A DNA stretch of 64,000 nucleotides from Octopus vulgaris (taxonomy: Eukaryota): contig OX597818.1 in NCBI GenBank assembly GCA_951406725.2, positions 78,802,001-78,866,000 on the forward strand. The letters run 5' to 3'. Every line of letters begins with the position of its first letter. The first letter of the stretch is position 1. The translations under genes were made by a program, and so were the position numbers. The notes below the pieces were generated by a model. That model did no database searches and had not been told where the DNA came from. It saw nothing but the letters and a program-made list of their open reading frames with translations. Positions 50,296 to 64,000 of this stretch are shown here, piece after piece.

Positions 50296-51284
50296 ATGTA
50301 ATCCCCCTAATAATAATCAAAATATTAATAATAGATCTACTGACATCAAAGATAAAGTAGTATATAACCACTCTAGTATTAATCAGAATAGTAATAAGAA
50401 ACCTAAAATCTGGCCGAGGAAAATTATTTGGTTCGCCTCTCTCTTTTCCCTTAGTATAAAAACTAACATTGGTAAAAGATTCTTTTCTCTCCTAAACAAA
50501 CGCTTTCCAGCAACTCACAGATACAGGAAAATATTTAATAGGCGTTCTATGAAATTATCCTACAGCTGCTACCCCAGTATGAAGAGTATCGTTACACGTG
50601 GTCAATACCAAGGGCCTAAATCCAGTTGCAACTGTCGCAATCCAGGACCTTGTCCATTTGACCAACAATGTATGACTAAATCTACCATATATGAGGCAGA
50701 AGTTACTGCAACCGCAAATAATAATAAAGTGATAAGAACACCTATATTGATTTGTGTGAAGGTGAATTTAAAAATCGCTATGTTAATTACATGGCCTCCT
50801 TCCGCATAGGAACAAAAGTAAAGCTACTATGTTGGCTAGCTACATATGAACTTTGAAAGAAAATGAAACACTGCATGGGATTAAATGAAAACTAATTGAG
50901 AAATCCATACCTTATGTGAATGGATTAAACAAATGTAGATTTTGGTTGGCTGAAAGAGCACAGATCCTGTTCAGCTCTAAAATCCCTAACCCTCTATACA
51001 ACACCAGGTCAGATTTTTTCAGTCGTTGCTCGCATATGTGTAAATATATTTTGAAGAATTTGAAAATTTCGCCTATTCCTGACTGACTAGATATCTTTCC
51101 AGCCTTATCATTTAAGGTCTAAGGAGGATAGCTCTTTGCCTTTTTACTTTTTACATTTTAGGTTTTGTGTTTTTGTTTTCCGTTTTCTGTTGTTTAGTTT
51201 CTGAGTTTCCTATATGGCACTTTCTCAGTTTTTTCACGTTTCTTCTATTATTCAATTTCGTTAGTTCGTTTTGATGTGTGGTTT

Positions 51285-51337
51285 GTGCCTGAAGAATGTG
51301 TTTGAATTTTCTCTGCATATGAAACTATTAGTAGCGC
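51285..51337 (+). ncRNA. Minimal type I hammerhead in the PLE 3' terminal region
   Basis: gtgc-CTGAAGA-atgtgt...gcatat-GAAAC-tatta-GTA-gcgc. Confidence 0.75.
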
Positions 51338-51407
51338 TTTTATGCATGTATTGTGATCTTTAAATAAATAAATAATATATATTCATATGAATATATAAAT
51401 ATAAATA

Positions 51408-51557
<150 letters not shown>

Positions 51558-52148
51558 AGAGAGAGAGAGACAGTGTGTGTGTTTGTCCACTGCTACCGCT
51601 TAACATTCGGTGTTGATGTGTTTTCCTCCTTCTAACAAAAGATAGAAATGCTGGGGGCGATCCATTCGAGTAAAAATTCTTCGAAACGACGCCGCAGCAT
51701 GACCGCACTTTAGTGATTAAAAAAAATGAAAGATTGCTAGATGATCGTCGGTAATAACTGCCGGTACAAACACACACGTCCACACACATACGCACGCATA
51801 AACATATTCATTGCATGACTCATACAAATACCTACACACAAAATCACAAATTTAACCTTTGAAACATATGATAACTAGAATGATCGTTGGTAATTAAAAA
51901 TTTTTATGATGACTATGATTTTCATGTCCATTCCTAATACGTTCCGGCAGAATCAGACACGAACAAGCTAACTGCTGTTGTATTTTGTCTACGGTTACTG
52001 CAACCGCAAATAATAATAACTAATCTTTAATAATCTAATAACAACTAATCTTTCTCGACAATGCGTATTCACAATACCTTCGATTTATTGAGACAAGGGG
52101 ACTTCGAAAAATCGGTATGCGTGGGACTGTGTTTATATGAATATTACA

Positions 52149-52600
<452 letters not shown>

Positions 52601-52630
52601 CAAGACAAACGCAAGACAAACGCAAAACAA

Positions 52631-52670
<40 letters not shown>

Positions 52671-52689
52671 AGAAAAACGCAAAACAACA

Positions 52690-55522
52690 CTATGTCAAGC
52701 AACATCCCACATACAAGCAGTTCGAAACAAAAATATTTCACATACAGAAATTTTACACACACCACAAACAAAAACAACCATAGATTCCCACACACACACA
52801 ACGATCGGGGGCAACAATACCACCATTCCCCCGACCCAATACCACACAACCTCACAGACAACTCATACAAACAAAATTACACCCAACATTCTTTAGCCAG
52901 GGACCAGAGACACCAGGACACAGGCTGGAACCTAGTAATAAGGAAAAACCGAAGATAATCAATCTCTCAACCAAACCTCTTTCTAACATAAAAATTGACA
53001 TCCTCTCAAAAGGGCTCAAATTTACACCAACTCCACGCAGAGCCAACCTAAATGAAATCAAGGATAATATAACAGAATTTTGCAGAAAATTAAGACTAGC
53101 AGAAGCATCAACCAGTTTCAATACTGAAGATGAATCACTAGTCAAGAACAAAAGTGAACACATCCCACACAGAGGAAGAAATAAAGATCTTGATGAATTC
53201 TGTAACCACATTGAGAACTTTCCCTACCATACTATACATAAACAGAAAGTTAACTCAAATTTTAACACTACACAATGGAAGGAACTGATAGAACTTCAAA
53301 ATGATGAGGATATAACCATTAAGGAAGCAGACAAGGGAAATGCAGTTGTAATAATGGATACATCATACTATAGAAATCTTGTAATTTCCTTGCTTGATGA
53401 CGACCTACATTATGAAAAAATTACCAACCACACCCCACAAAAAATAATGAAAACTCTATCTTCACTAATTAAAACCCATGAAAAGGAACTAACAACCAAA
53501 GAGATTGACTTTCTAACAAACTTTAAATGCAAACCTAGCCTTTTCTATGGTCTGCCAAAAATGCATAAAAGCCAAATTATAAATGAAACCATTAAAAAAT
53601 CACCAAAGACATACATACACACACCTAACCCGGGGGACCTAAAACTACGACCCATTGTAGCTGGCCCAACCTGTGAAACACACAGACTAAGTCTATTTAT
53701 GGACATCCTCCTGAAACCCTTCCTTAAACATATCGATAGCCATATCAGAGATGACTTAGATATGTTAAACCACCTCCCAAAAAAAGCCAAGGAAGAAGCA
53801 ATCCTGGTTTCATTTGATGTAGTTAACTTGTATACCAGTATACCTCATAATTATGGACTAGAGGCAATACAGTTCTGGCTGGACCAATTTCCGGAAGAAA
53901 TACCAAAAAGGATCAGTAAAGAATTCATTACTAAATCAATTGAATTCATCCTACATAATAACCACTTCATGTTTGACAATACATTTTACCGTCAAAAATC
54001 CGGAATTGCTATGGGTACAAGGGCAGCACCAGTCATTGCGAACCTAACAATGGGCTACATGGAAATAATCATTTACCAGGAATCTTTATCAATATTTGGA
54101 AACCCCTTTCTCAATACATAAAAGAGAATTGGAAACGATTCTTAGACGATTGTTTTATACTCTGGAATGAAAACACAGATAAACTCCTAAAATTTAAAAA
54201 CCTATTGAACAGCATAAACCCAAATATACAGATCACAATGGAATACAACCAAAAGGAGCTCCCGTTCTAATACTAATTAAAAAAATTAACCTTAAAATAG
54301 AAACAGACATTTTTTACAAAGCCACAGACGCCAAACAATACCTTCTTTTTAATTCATGCCACCCAAGACACACTAAAACAAACATCCACTTCAACCTTGC
54401 AAGAAGGATTTGCACAATAGTGTCAGAACAAAATACCAGGAACTTTAGACTGCAAGAACTCAAAAACACCCTAATTGACAGACATTATCCAGCTCAACTC
54501 ATAGAGGATGGGATCAGACGTGCAACAGAAATCAACATAGAAACTTTAAGAAAAGTTCAACACAACAACACACCTTCCCCGAAAATACTACCTTACATAT
54601 CTACATACAACCCCAGAAACAAAGAAGCCTTCACCATCATCACCCAGAATTTACCAATACTTCATAAGGACCCCAAATTAAAGGAAATTCTAAACATACA
54701 CCAAATCATTAAAAGCTACAAACAACCTAAATCACTTTAAAAGATTCTCACAAAGGCAAAATTGTTTTCTGAAATTACGGATGCAAAAGTAAAAAAATGT
54801 GGTAGATCGAACTGTGCAACAGGTCCAAACCTGCTAGAAGGATCAGAATTCCTCTTTAAAGAGGGACTGAAATTCAAGATCAAATCTAACTTTACTTGTG
54901 CCTCTGAAAACATAATTTATGTAATAAAATGCTCGGGCTGCCACCAAGACTACGTGGGATCCACGGGACTATCACTCAGACGTAGATGCACACTGCATCG
55001 ACAACAGATTGAATTCCCAGAATACAGAATGATACCTTTTAGTGAGCACATTGAGAAATGCGCAAAACAACTACTACCACAATTTTTAATCTTTCCATTT
55101 TACCAATGTGCTATCGGATCATCAACACAAATTAGACTAAACAAGGAAACATTCTCCATTTAAAAGTACAAGCCCAGACTTAACCATGCCAACATACTGA
55201 TACAGAGAAATTCACACCAAGGGAAAGGAAAAAAAAAATTTTAATTTTAAGCGATTATCTCCCTTACACCGGAAGAAATCACTCATTACTTCCCCTTATT
55301 TAGAACTCTTTTAAACATAAACATAAAGATAACTCTGTTCAAGATAAACATAACGTCGCAAGAAATTTGAAAAGCTAAACGCGGAACCGGTCTTTCTTCT
55401 AAATTATGTCATTGTAAGAAAAATGTTTTTAATATTCTTCAGACATATTGACGCAAATATATATATTTTTTAACCTTTAAGCCTTCTGTAGTTTTTTCAC
55501 TTTTTACCATTTTCTATATATT
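52690..55522 (+). mobile_element. Near full-length Neptune-like PLE (RT, Cys linker, GIY-YIG) with several frameshifts and stops
   Basis: INLS..LSKGLKFTPTP, IKEADKGNAVV, FYGLPKMHK, LRPIVAG, FDVVNLYTSIP, GIAMGT, WKRFLDDCF, SCHP, CGRSNC, FTCASENIIYVIKCSGCHQDYVGST; flanked by TA tracts. Confidence 0.93.
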
Positions 55523-55554
55523 CAACCACGTGCTTTCACAAACCAACTTTCTTA

Positions 55555-55623
<69 letters not shown>

Positions 55624-55883
55624 TCGTTCATGTTTCATAAGAGTGTATCTATGTCTAGGCACATGCATATCTTCGAGGTCGAAGGTACTCCGGATCAAAG
55701 CGAGAATTTTGGTTCTTGTTCATAGAAATCAGCAAATTATTTGCTGATGTACGCTTATTAATTATTGGCTTGACACACATATGTCTATAATTACTTTGTT
55801 TTTTTTTCTGTTCTCCGTACACGTTATTAATAACAAACAAAACAAATGCGCAATGCACGATGGGATAATTAAACATAAATAGT

Positions 55884-55889
55884 TTTATT
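55884..55889 (-). terminator. Polyadenylation signal of SRCR gene A
   Basis: AATAAA about 36 nt downstream of the stop codon. Confidence 0.5.
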
Positions 55890-55925
55890 CATTAATAAAA
55901 AATAAGAACTAAGAAACATTGTTAG

Positions 55926-55969
55926 TTAGCCAATGATGGTTCTACGGTTCGGCATTGTGGGTGGTGAGC
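55926..55969 (-). CDS. SRCR gene A, probable terminal coding exon
   Basis: ttttatattttcag| phase 1; reads (G)SPPTMPNRRTIIG* and is followed by AATAAA. Confidence 0.62.
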
Positions 55970-56665
55970 CTGAAAATATAAAATAAATTGTCATACAATA
56001 CTAGAAATCGAACGACAAATGAAAATAAAGAAAAATAAAACTTAAATTGAATTATTCTGTAAGCTTATTAAATGATGTTATATTTTAAGTAAATGTCTTA
56101 AATACATTTCAGATATTCAATAATAAAAGAAACTTTAAAATCTAATTTTGATAAAAATATATATTAATATTGGAATTACTTAGAATATTCTAGATAGCGT
56201 AGACTTAAATAATTGCCCTCTTTATCAATAGATGTTATATACTCCAAGTTAATTAATAAACAGCCTTTATTTATTATAGTATAGATGACGATTATTGAAA
56301 AGAGAATGGAAGCTACAATCAGGGTTTTCCCAAGAATATGATAGCTAAAATGAAAGCCTTTGTATTTATATTATATGAAGACCGTTCGTCACATGATTAT
56401 CAAACTAAATGTTTCAGTCAGGATAGGCACTTAAGTATTTATTTTCACCTCTGTTAAAACTTGGTAGAATCAAATATAGTTTTCACCGCAGCAACTGTAA
56501 CTTCAGAGAAACAATAATTCCTTTTCCTGTTTTCTTCACACATAACTATTTCTGTAAGGTCGCTGGTATGTTACCAATAAAGATAGCCATCGGTACGTCA
56601 CAAAGATTAGTAAGACTTGGATCTATGATTATGTTATCTCCTCTCTCTTTTTTCTTTCTTTCTAT

Positions 56666-56722
<57 letters not shown>

Positions 56723-57206
56723 TCTTTGTTTACCCTTCACATTCTTGAGTTTATTTTTCATGACGTACCCAATTTTCGTTCAAGAAAAGAGACTCTTGAT
56801 GTGTTTCGCAAACCAAGACCAACAATAACTATAACAAGAATGATAATCCTTTGTACTATAAACACAAGACCTGCCATTTTGGGGGAGGGAGGGGGCTATC
56901 CATCACATTAACCCCAATTCTCGTCTAGTTCCGATCACAAAAGGACGAAAGGCAAAGTCGATCTCGGCAGAATTTGAACTCAGAATGTAAAGCTGAAAGA
57001 AATGCATCTAAACACTTTGTCCGGCGTGGTAACAGTCTTGCCAGCTCACCACCTTAACAACAACAACAACAACAATAATAATACTTTCTACTATATGCAC
57101 AAGGCCTGAGATTTTTGGGGAGGGGATAGATCGATTACATCGACTCCAGTATTCAACTGATACTTATTTTATCAAGCCCGAAAGGATGAAAGGCAAAGTC
57201 GACATA

Positions 57207-57736
57207 CCCTGCTGCAGAACCAGGCACTTGTTTTCATGGCTTCTGATCTTAACTGATTGGGAGTGTTATCATGTATATTTTTTTATCTTGGTATAAAAGA
57301 TGGGCTACAACAAATACCATCAGCTGATTGACCTTAATCAGTTGACCATGTCTTTTGGTGGCTGACGGTTTGTACATCTCTGATCACGAGCAGAAGCAGT
57401 GAGGGAATATCATAGCCATGTGTTCAGAGGAATTCTTTGGGATTTGAATAAGTCACTTCTGCAAACATGGGTATTTCATTAAACATCCTCAAATAACCCT
57501 TATTCAGTGATCTTTCGAGCGAGATTGGCTACTCAATTTGAAGAAAGTTATAACTTGGCCCCACCTACAAGGTCATGCGCTATTTATCTTGATACGAGTT
57601 CACCATGTTGCGCACATATGGTTGTGATGCATGTACGTGGTGTATCCTTATCAGACGGGTAGTCATGATGGGTATACTGGGTTTCGTATATTTTACCCAA
57701 GTGTCACTGGTGGAATGCGCTGCTCTCTCACTCAAT
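57207..57736 (+). mobile_element. (TAA)n-associated ~530-bp element, older full-length copy
   Basis: Homologous end to end with 17237-17772; decayed (AAT)n tail. Confidence 0.8.
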
Positions 57737-58309
57737 CATAATAGTAATAGTAATAGTAATAATAATAATAATAACAACAACAACAACAACAGTAATAATA
57801 ATAACGATAATAAATATTATAATAACTTTAAATTTTGTGACAGGAGTGCAGATTTTGAGGGGAGGGAAAAATACGATTATGTCGACCCCAGTACCTGACC
57901 GGTATTTATTTTATAGACCCCGAAAGGATGATAAGCAAAGTCGATCACGGTGTAGAAATTGTTTAAAATTTTTAGCAAGCAGGCCAATAGCGGATTAAAT
58001 CTATTCTCTCACTAGTATTTCCCTTTATCGACTCAAAAAGGATAAAAGCCAAAGTCGATCTGGAAGAAATTTCAACTGAGAACGTAAAGAGCTGGAAAAA
58101 GAAGCCGTTAGGGAATTTTGTCTGACGCTCTAACAATTCTACTACCTAGTATCGTAAATAATAACAACATCAACAATAACAACAATAATGAGAGAAGAAG
58201 AAGAAGAAGAAGAAGAAGAAGAAGAAGAAGAAGAAGAAGAAGAAGAAGAAGAAGGTGTGGGAACTGTGGAAGAATATGAGAAAAAGAAAACGAGTGAAAA
58301 GTATCTAGG

Positions 58310-58960
58310 GAAAAGAAGAGATCTGTCAGGATCTCAAATAAAAGTAGGATGTTGCAACAGATAAATCTTGATTATGGCTGAAGAATAGAGAGCCGAAAAA
58401 AGAAACGGAAGGACCAAACGTCAGTCATTAGAAATGAATGTCGTTAAGGCAAGAGTAGACAGAGCTATTGAGGTACTAAGCACATTCTGCACATAATAAA
58501 TTGTTGTGGTCCATTTGCACAGAAGTATAGACGCATACACAATTATGTAACCGGGACGTATTACGGCAAAAGGGATTTAAAGTAAACCGAAACTGTTACC
58601 AACACCAACCAGAGAGTGTGGCAGAGAACGAACTGTTTAGGGTCATAAGGGACCTTAATATACAGACTGACTATGAAATTCAAACAAGACGGCCAGATAA
58701 TAATCATTCTGGAGTAGATGTTAAACGAGTGAATCATCATAGTTGTGGCTGTCTGCTGATATGAATGTAGCGGTCAGAGGACAGGAGAAAATAGATAAAT
58801 TCGATGACTTCGCTAAGGAAATGCGAAGACTGTGGGGGGTTTCCGCAAACGTAATCCCAGCAGTTACATACGCTTTAGATACTCTTTAGACACCAACAAA
58901 CTCAAAAGCTTCTTTTCCCACTTTTTTTTAGTCTAACTACAAGAGTTTCATTAATATAGA
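58310..58960 (+). mobile_element. Highly decayed REL-endonuclease LINE 3' region
   Basis: YQHQPESVAENE...DLNIQTDYEIQTRRPD..., EKIDKFDDFAKEMRRLW...VIP. Confidence 0.6.
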
Positions 58961-59228
58961 AATCTGCTCTGTTAACTACAGTAAAAGTTGTTCGAAAGAG
59001 CTTCGATATCTAAAGAAACTGATTGGTGAGCCTCAAAGATACTGATTTCAAATGTAAGACGTTTGTGCATGCCATACGATGATGATAGTAATACATACAT
59101 GCATAAATACGTACATAGGTACGAAGGTACGTGCATGCATGCATGCATGCAAGCATACATTCATACATACATACATACATACATACATACATACATACAT
59201 ACATACATACATACGTACATACATACAT

Positions 59229-59675
59229 GCCAGGAGTACTCAATAAAATGTAAACACAATATACCTGATATAATGATTTGGGATAGAGAAGGGAAGCTGT
59301 GTACAGTTGTCGAAATTAGCTGCCAAGTGGATGTTAACATAAAGCTGAAGATCAGTGAAAAAGAGAATACCTATGTTGGACTATTGAGAAATCTGCAGTT
59401 ACTCTATCCAGATTACAAGTTCGGGTTTATACCTGTAATTATTGGGGCCCTGGGATATGTAACACACTGCCTAAATATCAATCTTGAGAAATTAGGCTTC
59501 TCAAAACCAGAAAGGATTAGGCTGATTCGAAGCCTACAGATCATTGGAAATGTAAAAATCTGAATAACTTTCCAGAAGTTAATCATTTTAGTATATATAA
59601 GCAGGTCTAGACATGCGACTATATACATTAAAAGACATACATAAAACGAAGCATACATATCTGCACGTACACATA
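59229..59675 (+). mobile_element. 5'-truncated REL-endonuclease (R4-like) LINE embedded in (TACA)n
   Basis: KCKHNIPDIMIWDREGKLCTVVEISC...EKENTY...IPVIIGALG; TACA repeats on both sides. Confidence 0.8.
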
Positions 59676-60874
59676 CAAGGGTTGGACAAAATAATGGAAA
59701 CACCTAGCATCATAGCATCATAATTTTGAAATATCTATAAAACCGTCAAAAGCTTGTCTATTTTTGCTTTTTGATTTATTATATGTTTTGCTAAAATTGC
59801 TGTTTGTTTTCAGATATCATTAGAAAAAGGTAATTAAAATTCATTAAGATGACAGATCTATCGAACTTTCAAAGAGGTCAAGTTGTTGGTGCTTGTATGG
59901 CAGGTGCTAGTGTAACGAAAACAGCCGAAATATTTGGTGTATCAAGAAGCACTGTCTCGAAAGTAATGACAGCCTTTGAGAAAGAGGGAAAAACCTCCTC
60001 GTCGAAACAAAACTCTGGAAGAAAACCAAAATTCTCAGATAGAGATTTTCGGACTCTTGTGCTAATAGTTAGAAAGGATCACAAAAGTACAGATGCCAAA
60101 ATTATTGCAGAGCTTAATGACCATCTCGAGAACCTAGTTTCCACAAAAGCTGTTCGCCGGGAGCTGCACAAAGCCGGATTTTACAGGAGGGCTGCAATCA
60201 GAAAACTACTACTTGCAAAAAACAAGGCGGTAAAGCGTTTAGAGTGGAGTAAAAATCTACAGAAATGGTCCCTAGAGCAGTGGAAGAACGTTATTTTCTC
60301 GGACGAGTCATCCTTTACTTTATTCCCGACCACCAGCCGAGTATACGTGTGGAGACAGCCAAAAGAAGCATTTGCTCAGATTGCCTTCTCCCAACTGTTA
60401 AACGTGGGGGAAGATCTGTGATGATCTGGTGGTGGTGGGGAGTATATCTTGGAAATCCACTGGCCCAATCGTTTCCCTTCATGGCAGAATTAATAGTCAA
60501 GACTATTTAAGCATTTTATCTGATCAAATTCATCCTATGGTTGCGGAACTGCTTCCGGAGGGAAACACAATCTTCAGGATGATAATGCACCAATTCATAT
60601 AGATAAAGGTGTTACTGAATGGCCCAGATCTCAATATTATTGAACATTTATGGTGCATTTTAGAAAAGAAAACAAGTAAGGAGTCGATATCTTCAACCAT
60701 CATCACTACAAGAAATGGAGACTGTTTTAGCTGAAGAATGGACAAAAATTCCTTTGGAAAGAATTCAAACTCGTGTAATTCAAGCTATAATTACTGCCAA
60801 AAGCGGTCCTACCCCATATTAAAATAAATTTCTTTGAAATTTTAAGGTGTTTCCATTATTTTGCCCAACCCCTG
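59676..60874 (+). mobile_element. Tc1 (DD34E-type) transposon with disrupted transposase starting at 59849
   Basis: TA-flanked TIRs caagggttggacaaaataatggaaacacct / aggtgtttccattattttgcccaacccctg. HTH region, then NVIFSDES, DDNAPIH, PDLNIIEHLW, with frameshifts and a deletion. Confidence 0.93.
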
Positions 60875-61025
60875 TACATACATACATACATACATACATA
60901 CAAAAATACCCTGTTGTTGATGTAATCCCAATGAATGCGCATTGGATCTAGGTTAGAAAAGGGCTGTTTCTTTATTGGCGAGAAATCTTGAAATAAAAAT
61001 TGAATATTGATATACACACACATAC

Positions 61026-61073
<48 letters not shown>

Positions 61074-61175
61074 GCCTATATATCATAAACAGAGAAGACA
61101 TACTTCTGCCACAGGCCTAAACAATAATAATAACAAACTTTTAAATTAAGTTAAAATGTAAAACATAAATAATAC

Positions 61176-61345
61176 CATTATGGCAGATAGCGCCAGCTTC
61201 GTGTCTATGACTGCAATGGTTCCATTTCCACGGGGCATGAGGGCAATCGAAAAGACTGGATTCCATGCCTCTACATTTCACGCGGTTCAACCAAATTGGT
61301 TTCTTCGAAGGTAGAAATATATTCGTTTCAGTTGCTCTTCCATAT
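61176..61345 (-). CDS. SRCR gene A exon: C-terminal half of a group A SRCR domain
   Basis: ttcttgtag|170 nt|gtatt, phase 2 to 1. Reads YGRATETNIFLPSKKPIWLNRVKCRGMESSLFDCPHAPWKWNHCSHRHEAGAICHN. Confidence 0.95.
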
Positions 61346-61650
61346 CTACAAGAACGAATATATATTGATCTCAAATTTTGACACAAGACTGGTAATTTTG
61401 AGGAGTCGGTAAATAGATTACATCGATTCCGGCCCTCAGCTGATACTTATATTATCGAATCCGAAAGGATGAAAGGCAAAGTTAACCTCGACGGAATATG
61501 AACTCAAAGCATTGTACTTTACTTTTGAAAATCTTGTTTTCAAAAAATTGAAACCAGCCAAGTCAATAAACATCTTTTAAAGACCCTTGCATTTTCAAAT
61601 CCTTTTCCCTATATATTTTCACTCGTGCGGTACCTTCCAATTTGACTTTG

Positions 61651-61702
<52 letters not shown>

Positions 61703-61925
61703 GTGTATGTGTGTGTGTGTGTGTGTGTAACATTTATCTATTCTTATCTCAAAGGCAATTCAATAGAATGATACTACTGCATCTTTACAGGTTTACAGTA
61801 ATGATATGTAGAATTTAAACGTTATCATATCTCGGAACTAATCGTTTATTATTATATAAATAAGTTGTGGTGTAGAGATGTGTGAATGCAGGCATATGAA
61901 TGAAAAGAAAACAAAAAGAAAATAC

Positions 61926-62067
61926 CTGTAGCCTAGCATTTTGCAGGCAACAGTTGCACTCGTATCATCCCAGTCGTCAAAGCATACCGTACCCCATACT
62001 CCTTTATACTCAACTTCCACACGTCCCTCACTACTATTTCGTCCATCTTGAAGTCGAACACCAACAT
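61926..62067 (-). CDS. SRCR gene A exon: N-terminal half of a group A SRCR domain
   Basis: cttctatcatag|142 nt|gtatt, phase 1 to 2. Reads DVGVRLQDGRNSSEGRVEVEYKGVWGTVCFDDWDDTSATVACKMLGY. Confidence 0.96.
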
Positions 62068-63068
62068 CTATGATAGAAGAAAAGGAAACAAAATAAATGT
62101 ACATTTCTGAATTACGATTCAGTTTTCAGAATAACTTTTTAAACAATGCTTTCATGTACAAACAATGTTTGCAAAAATGTTAGCAAGGGTAAAGAAAAAA
62201 ATGGGAACTTACATTGTTTTAAAACACCAAATATATTAAATAAGTTGCAGCTATGTCGCAATATTTTCTCCCTTTCTTTACGCTCTAAGTATAAATTTCA
62301 CCGATGTCAAATTTACCTTTCATTCTTGAGGGAACGATCAAATAAACTACCTGTCAAATACTAGGGATGATATAATCGACTGACTCCTTCCCTTCAAAAT
62401 TGTTGATCTTGTACCTAAATTAGAAGCCTTATTCTCAGCTTACTGTAGAATGTTGTAGTCGAAAACTCAAGTTATACACAAATTGTGATGCTCTTTTTTC
62501 AATGAACTACACTACTTATCATAATGTAGTTCACTGCAATTAAAAATTTTCTCAGTTGTATTTTAGATATGAATATATAACATTTTCAATCTAAGGTTGT
62601 ATTTGATATATTATGAAGGTTTAATTTTACACAAGATTGCTTATATAAAGTATAACATAATAATATTTGTGTATTTCCAAATGGAGTACATTTGGAAGGG
62701 AGAGGGTTAGTCTTTATTATTGACTCTGTTACTTGGCTTGATACTCCAGTTTACTTTTCTCGGCGGTGTGGGATGAAAGTAAGTTGATTTCGGTGATACC
62801 TCGACTCAGAACAGAGAGAGAAAAAATACTAGTTTCAAATTCTGGTACAAAAGTTTTGGAGGAGGATGAGTCAATTACATCAACCCCAGTACTCAAGTAC
62901 ATAATATACAAAATTTATTTTATCGACCCCGAAAAGATAAAAAGCAAAGTCGACTTCGGCAGAATTTGAACATAAAACGCAAAGGCAGACGAAATGCCGC
63001 TAAGCATCTTGTCAAGCATGCTGACGACTCTGCATTTATTGAAATATGAAATTATATTATATATAAAT

Positions 63069-63617
63069 CTCTTATATAAAATCTGTTCTGTGTGTGTGTG
63101 TGTATGCCTTCTAGGATCTCGGGCATCCTCCATCCGATTTTGCTCAAATTTGAGGTATAGATACCGACGGTATCAGGGCGTGTATAAGTCTTGAAAAAAT
63201 TGCAAAAATCGATTCCAGGTGAGAATGCGATCGATAAAGCCGTTTTTGTCCTGCTTTTCTTCCGTCAACCTGTACATAATTGCACCTTCCATTTGTTGTT
63301 GTTTTTGTACTGCTTAAAGGCACGTTTCTGCCAAGCTTACTGTTTAAACCATGTTTGTGTTCTCCCAGTCAACAGCCTTATCATTAGTGGTACTTTAAAC
63401 TCTTCGGTTGCATATTTGTGTGAATAAACTCGTTTTTCTTTGGAATAGAAAATAAGTCTATCTTTATTTCTTCCTTTGCTGGTGACTCAAATTTAGGTTA
63501 AATCAGTGTTTCTCAAAGGGGAGACCTATGAGACGGTCGGACAAGTTGTTTTGAGAAAATTTGGTTTAAATGTTTGACAACGAAGCACCGTCCATTGGAC
63601 GGGGGGCGTTTTGCTCG
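63069..63617 (+). mobile_element. Non-autonomous Helitron-like element
   Basis: Starts TCTCTTATATAAAA, internal (TG)n, ends ccgtccattggacgg...CTCG|T; homologous to 38194-38650. Confidence 0.78.
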
Positions 63618-63667
63618 TATATAATATAATGCAATATCTTATGTGCACACGCATATATATATATATA

Positions 63668-63960
63668 CTAGCAGCATAGCCCGGCGTATGTAAGAGCCCC
63701 TAGTAGGCAACGACTAATCCCGATCTAGTCCTTTCCCTCTAGGGAACGAAGGCGCATGTGTAGGTTGCAATGTCTTCTCTTCACTCGAACACTTCTGTGT
63801 ATACGACGTTCCTAGATGTCCCTTTGGGTGAAAATATGAAAACATCATTGCGCCTCCCAACGCGTGAACAGCCCACGTAGAGTTGACCGTGGGCGAAGCA
63901 CTGTTCGCCCAACTGTAACCCAGCGACTTGTAGCGTTTGCCCTTGGGATTTATTGATGGA
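63668..63960 (-). mobile_element. Helitron 3' end with the last helicase motifs
   Basis: INKSQGQTLQVAGLQLGEQCFAHGQLYVGCSRVG...RNVVYTEVFE*, then ...gccgggctatgctgCTAG|T. Confidence 0.88.
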
Positions 63961-64000
63961 TTTATTGATGGTGTTGGGGGTAAAGTCTCGAATGTAATTT

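Larger units (their letters stand above)
49302..51345 (+). mobile_element. 5'-truncated Naiad-like PLE with an inverted copy of its 3' end at the 5' side; family A SINE inserted
   Basis: FDVSMGSYDSAGVCDFLG, GLYRDDGL, CNCRNPGPCP...C, IYEAEV. 49302-49575 is inverted relative to ~50950-51228. Confidence 0.9.

Noticed and set aside
50845-50890. In-frame TGA codons in a Naiad-like PLE as possible selenocysteine
   Set aside because: Both fall at positions expected to be Trp (YI*TLK, IK*KL), i.e. TGG to TGA decay in an already frameshifted copy, not at Cys positions.
56546-56625. Alternative terminal exon of gene A (DPSLTNLCDVP...)
   Set aside because: The acceptor is preceded by a purine-rich tract rather than a pyrimidine tract.

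Overview
AT-rich, microsatellite-dense animal genomic DNA. The SINE families and repeat landscape suggest a cephalopod, probably Octopus; that is an inference, not a database result. Most of the supplied ORF track is microsatellite noise. Two host genes can be assembled by hand on the minus strand from GT-AG exons with matching phases, both encoding group A (6-Cys, two-exon) scavenger-receptor cysteine-rich (SRCR) domains. Gene A contributes its 3' end (62067-61926, 61345-61176, terminal exon 55969-55926). Gene B contributes its 5' part (signal-peptide exon 11872-11825, then 6529-6388, 4708-4548, 3936-3801, running off the left edge), and its first SRCR domain is strongly divergent. The rest is mostly transposon-derived: three large Penelope-like elements (PLEs; two Naiad-like, one Neptune-like), Helitron helicase relics and non-autonomous Helitrons, Tc1 and DD37D transposons and MITEs, R4/Dong-like and Tx1-like LINE fragments, a ~530-bp (TAA)n-associated non-coding element, and many tRNA-derived SINEs. 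The most striking signal is a set of minimal type I hammerhead ribozyme motifs, in PLE terminal repeats and in short non-coding units. A 431-nt unit at 44.7-45.6 kb occurs as two differently permuted copies in opposite orientation, both crossing the same monomer junction. That pattern fits a retrozyme-like element copied from a circular or multimeric RNA. Boundaries of degenerate repeats are approximate.
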